Origin: Lingula anatina
Lineage: Eukaryota; Animalia; Brachiopoda
Reading direction: 5' to 3'
Assembly (NCBI GenBank): GCA_051362555.1
Contig: CM120646.1
Span: 6,324,001 to 6,388,000, forward strand
Length of the DNA: 64,000 nucleotides
Below the pieces are notes generated by a model, which was given only the letters and a program-made list of their open reading frames with translations, was not told where the DNA came from and made no database searches. Shown here in pieces: positions 12,388 to 25,302 of this stretch; positions within the stretch are counted from its first letter, which is position 1; each line of letters begins with the position of its first letter. Made by a program: the position numbers and the translations under genes.

Positions 12388-13731
12388 TTAATTTGGGTTC
12401 AAACTGAAATGAGTGGACATCTTCTTCAGATGCTGGATGGTTCTTATCACAGCTTCCGACCACGTGCATTCGTCGAACGTAATTCCCAGCTCTTTGCAGA
12501 CATGTTTCACGTGTTTGTTGGCCTTGCGATAATTGTGTCTGGGCATCAAGGGAAAGAGATGATGCTCGATGTGGAAGTTGAGACCGCCATGAAACCAGTC
12601 CATCCAAACAGGATTGACGATGTTGATGTTGGAGATCACTTGCATACGGTACCAGTTTTGTGTTGTACATATGTCATTTTCGAGGTAAAATGGTTTGCAA
12701 TAGTGACTTATAAGCAGTTGGATGTGGAGGACGCCTTCGAAAATAGCTGCCATGCTGTAAAACACAAAGCATTCATACCATGTTGGTAGAAACGAGAGCA
12801 ACAGACATATCCATGTCCAGTGGATCACAAAAGCCACCCATTCCCTCACGTTTTTCTCTTCGCGGAAACTGTCCAGAATGATAGCCACACGGCCAAACAA
12901 AATGCACGTGGGTAAGAAAGTGATGTGCTGGACTTTGATTGCATAGTATTCGAAGAGGCTGTTGTGTAATGGGAAAAGGCGTTCATTTTGAGCAAATATT
13001 GCCTCGTGAGCCTGAGGGTCACTCCATTTGGTCTCTGGGTTGACTGTATTGGTCAGTGCGTGGTGGCTAAAGTGCTCATCTCTCCACCAGCTCCCCGACA
13101 CCCCAAGACACACGGTACCGAAGAAAGTTCCAAGCCAGCGGTCAATCTTGGCCTTATGGAAACCCTGGGTATGCATGAAATCATGCATGAAAAATCCACA
13201 CTGATGCCAAAAAGAGGCAAGAAAAAAGGCCCCTAGGTAGTGTACATACCACTTTTCGCTGGCTATCACGCAGAGAAAGGACAATGCCAGGAGACAGAAA
13301 GTAATGGCAAATTTACCCGCGTACCACAACATGCTGGTTTCAAAATATCCATTTTCAATAAAAAATTTTTGCAGCTGGCGGAATGCTTCTGTTGCTGGGT
13401 CCTCGTCCAGCTCGAAATCTCCTACTGGCTTTCTGTGCTTCAAGACGTCCCTTTCATGAAAACTATGAAACACTGCTGTGGCATCTCGGCCAATGAAATG
13501 TTTGATAATATCCCCACCTGGATGATGGGGGATGAATGTGGTGATGTCATACCATTTCCCATCGATGCCAATAAGTTTTCTTTCACCTTGGTCTTGGTGA
13601 GTCGAGGCTTTACGGTTGACCTGATTGTTGTTTTCACCCACTGATATTGTACGTTGAGATCGTGAGCGTGGTTTGTTGTCTGCCACCTCTGCAGACGTGG
13701 AGGAAGACATTTCCTGCTCTTGTAAAGTCAT
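12388..13731 (-). CDS. Cytochrome b5-fused front-end fatty acid/sphingolipid desaturase (FADS/SLD-like), 447 aa, single coding exon
   Basis: HPGG heme motif, His boxes HDFMH, HFSHH and HIEHH, transmembrane segments and WMDWFHGGLNF. The likely start is MTLQEQ (ATG at 13731), 7 nt after the acceptor ttttttcttcAG (13740-13739). The ORF-track extension to 13797 is intronic. Confidence 0.93.
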   Translation of the reverse strand: MTLQEQEMSSSTSAEVADNKPRSRSQRTISVGENNNQVNRKASTHQDQGERKLIGIDGKWYDITTFIPHHPGGDIIKHFIGRDATAVFHSFHERDVLKHRKPVGDFELDEDPATEAFRQLQKFFIENGYFETSMLWYAGKFAITFCLLALSFLCVIASEKWYVHYLGAFFLASFWHQCGFFMHDFMHTQGFHKAKIDRWLGTFFGTVCLGVSGSWWRDEHFSHHALTNTVNPETKWSDPQAHEAIFAQNERLFPLHNSLFEYYAIKVQHITFLPTCILFGRVAIILDSFREEKNVREWVAFVIHWTWICLLLSFLPTWYECFVFYSMAAIFEGVLHIQLLISHYCKPFYLENDICTTQNWYRMQVISNINIVNPVWMDWFHGGLNFHIEHHLFPLMPRHNYRKANKHVKHVCKELGITFDECTWSEAVIRTIQHLKKMSTHFSLNPN

Positions 13732-15440
13732 GGTAAATCTGAAGAAAAAATGATAAAAAGGATTTTTTATCATGAAATTTATTCTTTTGTCAATCAAGAA
13801 ACTACTGTCCCTAAACTAGAATGCAGCCCACCCCTCCCCCTGAAAAACATGCACACACATGCACATGTATATCCCATTATAGTCTCATCTGAGGGTCATT
13901 GTACTGACCAATACATTAACGAACCCATAGGGATTTCACAGCCAGGCATTGCAATCAAGTGTGTACTTCCTGACAGAGTTTAATACAGGTATTTTTATCT
14001 CTGCCAATTAAAGATTTTTTTCCTATTTTTTTATCTTTCAGCTGAAAATCACTCAAGCTCAGGCTTTACTTATATATATATATATGTTCTGTTGCTGTTC
14101 TATTTCCTCCAATGTTCCAATGCAAACATTTGCCATGAACTCTAAACTTAAATATTGACACTGTCTGGCCTTGTAATTAACTACAAATACACTGTTTGTA
14201 TCCTAGTCAATTCCCATTTTATAAAATAGCACTGCAAACATCCTTTTAATTCACTTATAGAGAGAGAGAGGGACAGCTTGAAAACCCACATGTGCGGGGT
14301 ATGTAGCAAACACAGTCACCGTTCCCACACATACACAACTTCTGAATGCCAAATCAAATAGCTGGCAATTAAAAGCAAGCATGGATTACTGTAACAAATT
14401 ACATGCACTCAATAAAGATCTATAAAGTGAGGCCATTTCATTGGGCAACAAAGAAACAATGACCATTAGCAATCAGTAGGAGTCCATTGTCTAATGAGAT
14501 TGGGTTCTCACCATGCTTCAGGTTTAACCACAAACTGTTTTCTCTTTTTTTTCTTTTTTAATTTAAGGTGTTTACTAGTACCCAATAACATGTTACTAGC
14601 AATCTATAATACTTACTACAGCATATGATGTTCATTTTTTTAAACCAAAATTTCCAAAACTTTTTCTTTTTGCCAAGTGCAGTCAAATCAAAAGTTTATG
14701 TGTGAGATAATTCACTGTCACCCAAGCTTATATGCCAGAACACTTTGGGAGCCAGCAAGAGCATATAAGGCATAATTCATGTGAGGGTGGCAGTGTATTA
14801 TTTGACATACCTACTGACAGAGAGTAGTCACACTTTACTTCAAAACACCCTCAAACCTAATAAATGTATGTCACCATAGTCACAGAACCCCTCTAGGTAT
14901 TTATATACAGATATAAACATGTATATAACCTAATATTTTACTTCAACTGAAAAAGCTCAACTGGTGGTGGTTGAAATAACTGCACTATAAATACATGATT
15001 CAAATCCTGTCTCTTATAATATTGATTTATGTATGATGCACCCCATAATACACTCCAAAAGCCTTGTAACTGTAATGAAACAAACACTAAATGAGTTAAA
15101 ACAGTGTTTTCAATGCGTAGTGATAAGAGCCAGGCCCCAAGGTAATGAACGCTAGTTGCTATGGGTAACTAACAACAAAACGATGTCTAAAATAACTTTA
15201 TTGGTTTAGGGGACAAAGCAGAGCGGGGTCAAGCAGATTTATCTTACACTCAGGCATCTAATAATAGGTAGTCGTGGGCACAATTGATTTGATCTCCTTA
15301 CAAAACCCACAACTTTGGTTATCCAACACAACAAAACTCTTCCTTCATTTTGGATTTCTGAGCAAAGATAGTTCTTGATAGCATATAATTGAACCTCAGA
15401 CAATTTTGATTTCACTAAGCGATAAACTATTATTACAGTA

Positions 15441-15555
15441 GTTCTTTTAAAGTCTTTAATTAAACCACCTTCAATTTCTTTAAAATTCAATAATTCAATA
15501 GTTCTTTTAAAGTCTTTGATTAAACCAGCTTCAATTTCTTTAAAATTCAATAATT
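15441..15555. repeat. Two-copy 60-bp tandem duplication
   Basis: gttcttttaaagtctttaattaaaccaccttcaatttctttaaaattcaataatt at 15441 is repeated at 15501 with 2 substitutions. Confidence 0.9.
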
Positions 15556-16304
15556 TTGAAATTAGGCTAAAACAAGAATTAAGTCGTTTGGTTAAGCTGC
15601 CTGAGGTTAGACACGTCCGTCGTGCGTTTTATCATTAATCAAGGAGGAAAATAAACGTACATGAACCAATATCAGCATATCTACAATATCATACACCCAG
15701 AGTGTGAGAGAGAACACGTAACCCGCCTCCACTGTCAGTGCGACCCACTGATAACACAGGTGAGTCTCCAATGACCACAGAACCTCGGGGTCATTCCACA
15801 AGGATGACAGATAACAGGTTCTTTTAGGTCAGTAGGATCCTGAGCAGCACAGGTCATCCAAGGCCATCAATACATCTAATAAAAAGGTCACACTTAGGGG
15901 GTGTCATACTATCTCATCACCCATAGGGTCCCATTAAGGGGGTGTGGCACTATCTCGTCAACTAATGCAGCATGGGATATGTTAATTCCTATTAAAAGGT
16001 CACATTCATCTGAGGGTGTGCCTCTGTATCATCACCAATAGAGACATTGCAGACAACTCTGGACAAATCATACATGTCTAACAAAAGAACTCATTAAGGG
16101 GGGTGTGACACCAGCTCTAATTATTGTAAAGTGCCACCTTTTTTGTGTACCAAGTCTATATTTTTCTGTTTGGCTGGATTGAAGCAACTTGAATGGATAG
16201 AGACATGGTTGGGAGAGGCCTTCAGTACATGTATGTTTGGACAATCACTTACAATATTTAGTGGACCTCCACATACGATGTGTGTGTGTGTGTGGTTGGG
16301 CATA

Positions 16305-16335
<31 letters not shown>

Positions 16336-19300
16336 AGTTGGGCATGTCTGTATATATATGTGTACTAGTAGGTGTGTGTATGGAAGTACATACCTGAGAC
16401 CACATGGTAGACTAACAATGGCACAGCTATCTCCATAACACACTGATTCCAGTCAGCTGAATGTGTGCGTGCATGCATATGTGCTTGTGCATGTGCATAT
16501 GTGTGCGTATTCACTTCCTTTTTTCTGCAAGTCAAATGATGGATATACAATGAAATGGATAGAAACTTGAACTACGACTGAATCAAATACAGAACATAAG
16601 TTCCTGACACTGAATTAAGTCTAACCAGAGAACTTGCTAATGATAATTGAAAGTGATCTGAATATAAAGTTGTCTTCGTATATGAGAACCCATCTCTGTC
16701 CTATCTACATATGTAAAATATACCAGGACATATACAAGTATGAATATTAGAGAGCACATGTTAATTAAGCAAAACAGTATATCCATACATCTCATATAGT
16801 ACTTCATAAGATGGCACTGCTAATGGATTAATGTTGATCGCTACACCTCTACAGCGAGAAATACACAATTGGTCAGAAAGATATAAGCCCAATAATGCTT
16901 ATCATTCTAATGAAACCCATTTATCTGGACAGATTCACACTCAGCAGGACTAAGTTGGACCTAAAACTGCCACACATGAACTCATATATACTTACATTAT
17001 ATCTTCACCATATACCCAGGGTCTTATATCAGGATGGCATTGTGACCAAACAAATGACATTACAGTATCATTTACAAGTACTTAATTTAAATGTGCAACT
17101 GAAACGGAGATCTTGAGAATGGAAACCACAACCCGAGGTCATCTTCTGACATAGACTTCGGAGCTACTACAAGTAGTTCATGTCTAGGCCCTTACATATA
17201 TGTAAGCTTTATAAAAAATATGGTCTCACTCATATTTTTGGCCACTACTCTTGCTATAATAACCCTACCTTTTTTAACAGCTTATTTTTTTGAACAAAAT
17301 TAAAAACACAACATCTTTAAACTTTTATTAATAACAAAACTAAATTTTTTCCCATAAAAGCATCTCTCATTCTATTTCAATTTTGGGTTACATTATACGT
17401 ATGATGTAATTCAGCCAATTTCTGGTTCAAATTAGACTGGGTGTAAACAGGCCCAACTTGCACTTTGCTGCCTACAAAACCAAACGTTTCATCTTTTATC
17501 ATCCAATCAATTTTTAATAACTTGCCGCATACATTTTTTAGGGTAGATCATAAGTATCCATACACAAATGGCACTGACATTGTGAACTCCTGACCTAAAT
17601 AAAACTCCAACCACCAACTTTATATATAGGCCTATACCATTTAGTTACATCTCAAAATTATAATTATTATTTTCCAATCAATTTTCTTGTTCATAAATAT
17701 ATTTTTGTCTGCTTCGATCCTCTTGACAAATCTTTAACCAAAACCAATTATTTTAACCCTGACAGTATGATATTTCCAACATTGCACACATGTTTAGAGA
17801 GTGGACTTGCTTAGAAATTTTACTGCTACGTGCACATGCATAACAGATGACACGTACTGCATCTGCGATTATGATATCCTATACCAACACAAATACTGGT
17901 TATCTATTTTACTCTTGCTTCCTGTCTAGACACTATAATGACACACTTTGAACAGCTAGCTGCATTGCTTCGTTCCTTTCCTCTAACCTTCCTTCCCTTT
18001 TTATGACTAGTAGTGCTAGTACTATTACTGGTATTCCTGCCATTCAATTAGATTGTATGTGGTGACCTCAACTGAAGAATATTTGAGTTGCAAACTTTCA
18101 ACTTTCAAAGGAGGGATACAGAAATATTTATTCATAAACAAGAAAACTTGTTGCAGATTTTGGTTAGATGCCTTTATGAAAATAATAATAATAATAAATA
18201 AATAAATAAAAATGAATGACCACATAAAATTCTTGTTACTGCTATTAGTTCACATTTAGAATGTCTTTGGTGACATGACCAGCCAAAATGAATGGTCTGG
18301 ACCCCAGCCCCAACCCCCCCCTCCCCCCCCCCCCCCACATCCACCCAGGCATATTTCCTACAACCTATTAATATTGCCCCACCAACAGACAAACTCCATA
18401 TTTCACCAAACACTAGTATACTAACAATAAACCCCTAGCCTTTCTTTTGTGAAGAACTATGAAAATAGTTTGGCTGTAAGTTATCTGACTGAAATATGCA
18501 GGTAAATAAAGCATTTGAATTCCACACAGATGCACTCACAAAAAGGCAGGGGTTATTCAATAGGGAGTTATTTAATCATATTTGTGGTATATGCGGTATC
18601 TTTGGATAAAGAGGACCCTTCAACTTTTAACATAAAAGTGCAAGTGACACCTAGTAACAAAAAGGCACGTTACATTCTGAGATGTACTGTACTGTACTTC
18701 AGAAATATTAAATTTTGTTCTTAAAACCAACACAAGTAATACTGTTTGTAACAGTATGTAATATATACAGCATTATATCAAAGATACAATTATTTAACTT
18801 ACAGGTGTTTTAAGTCCCCACATGATATTCAGTGCTCTACATGAGATAGATTTTACAGACTTTGTAAATTATGATACAATAAAGTTACAATCTTATCTTG
18901 AAAATATGGCACATCCAGCTGCAATCTTTTAGATAGAAGAAGTGAAAGGGCTTGGCATTGTTTGATACTTCTAATATCTTTGAAAGTTTTAACTCAAGTA
19001 TTCTTCAGTTGAGGTCATAATATACAGCCTCAGCACATGGCACAAATACCAGTACTATTTCTAGTCATATCAGGAATAAGGAAGGTAAGAAGGAAGGAAG
19101 GAAGGTTGGAGAAAAGGAGAACAGCCATCATACAGATCATAACGCCTAGCTCATATAACACATATTTTCAAACAGTGTTACCATTTTACCTCTAAACCCC
19201 AGAAAGCTGTCCAGCCGTCATTTGGACAACAAATGGCCTCAAAATATGGCCTATGTTTTCAAAAACGAGTGGACAGCTTAGGAAATCTCTGGGAAACGAC

Positions 19301-21253
19301 AGGTTGGGGGCTTGACTTGCTTGAGTTGGAAAAATCGGTGGCAAAATTACAGATTCACATATTGGACTCTCTGTACCCTAAACCCTGCGGAAATCTTTCC
19401 ACATCTAGATTCTCTTACCCTTTTTGATGCAAACATCATTTTTCCTTTCTTTACAAAAAGATACTAAGTTGTTAATTTTTATCACACATATACTGGTAGA
19501 TACATGATATTGCATTACTTTACTGTCTGACTCTTACAGTGTAGCTATGAAATAAACTGTTAACAGAACTATTGTCAGGGAAAAACAGTGAATAAAGAAG
19601 AGGTCAATGACAGTAACACCCTTGAACATAATCCTTTTAACCCGTTTGACCTTTTTATATGATGATATTCTAAGTTTAGCTTGCATGTACAAAAAAATAT
19701 CTTTTTAAAGGCATAGGGGGTATTTTGTTGACCCACTTTCCCCTTCATTCCTAACTTTAGCTTTACCACCCCTAACATCGCATGTAAAACACATTTTTCC
19801 GATTAATTTTTCTACCTACCAAAATAATGATAAATGTCCAAATGAGTGTCCAAAGAAAAACCGTGTGACCATACAGAGTGGTTAAAAAAAGATACATCAT
19901 CATCCTCCCCCAACCCACCCACCCCTGCCATAAATTAATGCCATCCCTTTTCTTGTCAGTTAACAATCTTAATGCATACAATACAGGATGTCATTTTTTT
20001 TTGCAGGGTGAAAGCACCCTGAGATTCAGAGGTCACTCACTGGTATTATTAAATCATCTCATGCTGATAACAGGGGAGTTTTCCGTTACCAAAGAAACGC
20101 AGGGTAGTTAGAGCCCATACTCTTTCTTAAGCAACAGGATTATATTACAAACTTTTGGGGGCTTGGCAGGCCATATTCTGTACTGTTCTGGACTGTCTGA
20201 CTGGTACATACTAGTATATACAGCAAGCTTAGTAAAGACTATCATTTCAGAAGTTTAGACAGACTCAGATAATGAAGATATTTTCATAATTACTGGGCCA
20301 TTCCACCCCTCCCCTCCCCCCCCCCCCCCCCCAAAAAAAAAAAAAAAAAAAAAAGATGTTAATGTCAACGTTTACTATATATATAATTTCTCCTGTACCC
20401 TCCAAATCTTATGTAACAGTTCACCTTGCAACAAGTCTTTGATCTTCTGTTTTCCAAACATTGTATCCCATAATTATTCAATAGTATTTATTGATCAAAT
20501 TAAGTAATATTAATATAATCAATATTTGAGTCGTTAAGTATTTTTCTCCTGCTGTGCTACACTGTATCTCTTCATTAATCCAAATATTGTGCATTCAGGA
20601 CTGCATATAATTAAAGGGACTTACTTGGGGTGGATGGGGATGGCGGGGGGGGGGGGGGGGGGGGGGGGGGATGGGGGGGGGGCCTAATAAAAAAATCATG
20701 TGGACTTTTAAATAAAATCAGTCATAGACAATTCAGGGGGGTGGGGTGTTATGTACCCCAATGCCCCGCCCACATCCCCACCCCAACCCGTCTGTGTACG
20801 TACATCGCATGATATATACCTGAGATAATACCAAAGCCATAGCGGGGTGTTTGCGTTAAACTAGGCAACAAAGAATACGTATATATTTACCTTAGCATAA
20901 GGCCTTATACTCTGTGACTCTCACGTACCGCTTTAACTTCGTTTAAACTGCTTCTTAACCACAGTTAGGCTTTAATTCAAAGTGCAATAAGTATTTAACA
21001 GTAGCCCATCCGCATTTCAAAATATCAGTATGGTGAAATATAACGAGGTTCTGTGGCGAAACGAAAGTAACCGACCCTACTAGTACCTAAACTCTTCGTT
21101 GATACAACTTTAGCTTGACCCGACCGCCTTGGGAGTAATCAGTAACCGCACATGGAAACACCACAAAAGCCGGTGTCGCCCAAACCACCTCGCATTAACG
21201 ACAACGACGACAACATCTACCTGTGGCAAAGGTAGAACATTGTTTCAGCTTAC

Positions 21254-21340
21254 CTGCTTTTCTAGGTGTGTCGGAGTTATCTTTTGAGCTTGATTAACGC
21301 CCCTGATTTCATGCTGAACAGCACGCTTACCCCACCGAGG
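21254..21340 (-). other. Candidate non-coding first exon and promoter of the desaturase
   Basis: Strong donor AAGCAG|GTAAGC (exon end at 21254) in a locally CpG-rich patch with a GC-box-like cccgcc near 21346. It would pair with the acceptor at 13739 (intron ~7.5 kb). The 5' boundary is approximate. Confidence 0.5.
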
Positions 21341-21597
21341 CTTTCCCGCCCAGGCGGTCTTATCTATTTACTACGTTCCCTCACAACTTCCGACTGTCAA
21401 AATGAGCTCAACTACAGGTCTAAATAGACTGATGAGATATACCTAAACCCCGTTATCAATGCCAATATTTGTATATATTAGTTTTCATTTCGTAAATAAT
21501 AGGAAAATATGACATGATACAATATAAATGAGAGTTTATAATAATAAGTATCCTATCTACAGACGTACGTCTTTCCCTTCTCTGTCAAAATTTGTGT

Positions 21598-21628
<31 letters not shown>

Positions 21629-22759
21629 GGGGGGGGTCAGCGCAACGTTTCTTGGTTCTGACGCTGGCAAAACGAAACCTGAAGCACACTAATAGACATA
21701 CATAGGCTACATATGTAAGGTGATTTTGTGGTTGGCCTAGCTATATAGTTAGCGGCTACATGTAGTTCTTTCATGTAAATTAGACAAACAATTTAAAATG
21801 ATCTCTACTCACCCCAAATTAAAGGACAGCTAAGGCTGCACTCTATTAGCAAAAAGAACCACTTGTCCAGTATGTCTCCAAAGATGTTCTCACATTAATC
21901 GCTGTATAAGGCCTATAGTTACATAAACACAATTAATATCATAAACTTCCACGCATGCTTGGGCAATAAACATTGATCTGTTAAGACCTGTAGCATGAAA
22001 CCATTCCATTCAATGGCTGTGAATATAAACATTGCAAGCATAGCAACAGCGGCCGTTACTTCTACCTAGCATCGATCGAGGGCAGGACTAAACCCTGACC
22101 AAAACAAAAGGCGCTGAGAAAACACGAGACAATGCACCGTACAATCTATACATCTCATATAGTGCATGCTTTTATGTTTACGAAGGCAATCGCTATAAAA
22201 TTACAAAAACAAACCAATTAGTCTGCGTACCGTGCAAAAAGTATATGCCTCAAACACTACTGCATGGTAGCTAGTATATACAGAGCCGCACAGACTTACA
22301 TATGCGGGTAGACAGCATTTCTGGGTTACGTAATTTTAAAAGGTGTAGGTCTTAACCGTGATTTCTTCTCCGTCAAATCGAACTTTCATTGAAAAAAAAA
22401 AGCAAATTTCGCCTCCTCACGAATCATATTGCTCGACCAGTTCCTGAACTTCGATTTGACGTTTCATGCCATTTCTAATTTAATAATTTAGATCTAAATG
22501 ATTGGCAAATCACTTAGACTGCCCTGTCTTCCTGTGCATTTCCGTAGGAAATAACGAAATTAGGCACTTAATTTATTGAAGGGGTTCTCTTTTTTCTAAG
22601 GTCTGAAATGGGAAAGTTTTTGCAAAACATAGAAAATATGCTTGGACACTTTCAAATACAGATAGTATACCTCTATCTTACCGAACAAATACTACTACTT
22701 TATCTTGAATAAACATTGCTATATATATACTGTGCAAATACGAGGAAAGCAATCGTTAA

Positions 22760-23079
22760 AGGGATAATAACTCTTCGTTTCGGCCAAAAAATGAATTTTC
22801 CTGGAGTAAACAACAATTTTCCCATACTTACTAATGGTTAATGAATCCATTTTTACATTCAAAGTTAGTCCCTGGTTTTTTTCTAAAAAGTTTGGTTTTT
22901 TGTTTTTAACAGAGTATAGCCTTCAATGGAGGTCACGTGGTCTAAAGACAAGCTCGGATATCAGAATAAGAGCTATAACTGCCGTTTTTGTGGTAAAAAA
23001 GAATGTATTATATTTCTGTGAGTTCTTCACAATGTTTTTATTGCGAAATATAGATCTCATACGAAGAGTTATTATCCCT
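22760..23079. mobile_element. Kolobok-like non-autonomous DNA transposon
   Basis: TTAA TSD at both ends and TIR AGGGATAATAACTCTTCG...CGAAGAGTTATTATCCCT. A partial copy lies at ~23788-24020 and a fragment at ~41380-41480. Confidence 0.8.
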
Positions 23080-23467
23080 TTAAGTACACGTTCATTGTAG
23101 ATCATAGTAGGCTACACCTCATGGTTTCCTTTCAAACTGAGTAATACTAAAACCATTGCTTTACATAATTAAGATAAGATTTTGCGATAGCCATCTATAC
23201 TTGTAGGTAAGAAAATGAATGATACAAATAATTATTGTAATAATAATACTAAATTGTTGAGCAGTAAATAAATGAGCTTGGCAATTCATTGGAAAACAAA
23301 GTCAGCGTACGCCCCATTGCCCCTTGACCACTCAGTATGTGTATATTGTGTTTACCCAGCACGTATGATAATATTATTGATTGGTCAATATGTTTGGACT
23401 GGAGAGCACATGCACAGTCGTTCACGTATATAAACTATTTGTTTCCAAGTCATCAATCGAATGAGGC

Positions 23468-23633
23468 CAGGCCCGTAGCCAGCAAAGTCAAAAGGGGGTT
23501 CTTTTTCTGAAAAAGTGGACCTTTTATAATGAAACCTTTGTGTACCTAGATCAAATTGTACCCAGAATGGACCTTTTTCTGACAAAAAAGACGGTTCTTT
23601 CGGACCCCCCGAACCCCCCTGGCTACGGGCCTG
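23468..23633. mobile_element. hAT-like MITE (family A) with a 5-bp TSD
   Basis: TIR CAGGCCCGTAGCCAG...CTGGCTACGGGCCTG with TSD GAGGC. An inverted copy is at 61246-61409 and a decayed copy at ~4850-4985. Confidence 0.85.
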
Positions 23634-24551
23634 GAGGCCGATAGGCTCGTACTCCCTTTGCGAAAGCCACCCTCCCCACACGAAGCTCTATTATGCTTGA
23701 GTTCTCAATATCCCTATCCACTTTTCAGATCAAAATGCTTATTTACTGGTGTTTTTGTAGCAGGTCTTCTTAATGATCGTCAATTAAAGGAATAACAACT
23801 GTTCATTTTGGCAAAAAAAAAAAAAAAAAAAATTAATTTTCCTCGGGTAAATGGCAATTTTCCCATACTTACCAATGGTTAATGAATCCATTTCTACATT
23901 CAAAGTTAGTCCATGTTTTTTTCTCTAAATTTTTTTTTCTTCTTTCTTTTTTTTTTTTTTTTGTAATAATCTCTTCAAAGGTTATTGCAGAGTACTGGCA
24001 ACCATGGAGGTCACGTGGTCGGATGGCAAGCACAGATTTCAGATAAATTGCTATAACTACCTGCGATGCTACCTGCAAAGACGTCACGTGCTAGCGTAAG
24101 CTATAGCTAGCGAAAAGAATTGATTGTCCAAGTTGAATTTCTCTTTCATCAGTCTTGAATAATAAAAAAGTTACCAGATTTATCTGATCTCACACAAAAG
24201 ACATTAACTTTCTAAATTATAAATCTTCGTTACTGTCGCGCGCAGCACCATTTTAAGCCTCGGTCACAACCGGACGCACGAATTTTAGGATCGTACGTCC
24301 CCTACGAATTTTGGGTGCAGCGGAGGCCGTGGAGTTCGTAGGGGTAGAGGAAAGTCCGCCTTGCAAGTCGCAAGGGCTTCATGAGTTGTCCTTTCAAGCA
24401 GTGACGCTAATTGCAAGGAGCGATGGCCGTGGAAATTGCACTCACTCCTTGAGTTTGTGTTGCTTCCTGCGTATGTGGCACACACTCACCACTACTCAAC
24501 ACGCAAAGGGCACTTGCTTCTTCATGGCTTGCGCCGTGCGTTTTGCACAAC

Positions 24552-24882
24552 CAGGCCTACCCAACTACCAGACTCGGCACCTAAGGATCCTGAATTAACC
24601 GGTATATCGGACCACACTACCCGTTTTCAAGGTGTGTGTCAGATCGCATTTCGGAGTATCATACCCCAGAGCAAATTTTGTAGCACGACTGCGGGCTCAT
24701 CCACGCTCGGCTGAACAACCTTAAACTGTACTCTTACTTTAGAGTACTCTATTTTATTGTCCCTATGGGGATATATGGGGACTTTGCGACATTCGGTTTG
24801 AATGTTTTAACCACTTTTGATAGGTGTTTTTTTTTTCCACTGTATTAGATTAATGTGGCAGTCTGGTAGTTGGGTAGGCCTG
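24552..24882. mobile_element. hAT-like MITE with a 5-bp TSD, nested in an older inverted-repeat element (~24290-25040)
   Basis: TIR CAGGCCTACCCAACTACCAGACT...AGTCTGGTAGTTGGGTAGGCCTG with TSD ACAAC. Confidence 0.85.
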
Positions 24883-25050
24883 ACAACGCACGTCTCACTT
24901 GCTAACTCCATGCAAGGGGACCAAGTTACGCGTGCGGCCTTGCTGTTCGCAGGCTATTCGTACAATCGTTTGGACATGTACAACATCCTCCGTAGGTGCT
25001 TACGGGCTGTCTGCGAACTCGAATTTTCGTAAGAAGGACCTCAGTGGGAC

Positions 25051-25302
25051 CAGGCCTACCCAATTACCAGACTCGGCACATAAGGACCTTGAATTAACCG
25101 TTATATCGGTCCACACTACCCGTTTTCAAGGTGTGTGTCAGATCGCATTTCGGAGTATCAGTCAGAACACGGACAGGATGAGCCCGCGGTCGCCCTACAA
25201 AATTTGTTCTGGGGTATGATATTCCAAAATGCGATCTGACACACACCTTGAAAACGGGTAGTGTGGTCCGATATAACGGTTAATTCAAGATCCTTATGTG
25301 CC
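25051..25302. mobile_element. Rearranged fold-back derivative of the 24552 element
   Basis: 25051-25160 repeats the left arm of the 24552 element. 25161-25302 is an inverted copy of that arm, giving an ~85-bp stem. Confidence 0.75.

Noticed and set aside
12377-13644. Overlapping and antisense ORFs within the desaturase
   Set aside because: They are by-products of the real coding frame.
13732-13797. 22-aa N-terminal extension of the desaturase given in the ORF track
   Set aside because: It starts at TTG and crosses a clear polypyrimidine tract and AG acceptor, so it is intronic or UTR.
15155-15169. RFX X-box-like GTTGCTATGGGTAAC (a weaker one is at 3192)
   Set aside because: Isolated motifs with no supporting TSS or ciliary-gene context.
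15239-15550. 103-aa ORF with an internal 20-aa repeat
   Set aside because: It is produced by the 60-bp tandem duplication, has a TTG start and has no recognisable domain.
24552-25302. Repeated blocks superficially like a CRISPR array or structured RNA
   Set aside because: TIRs and a TSD identify them as MITE arms; there is no regular repeat-spacer periodicity and the context is eukaryotic.
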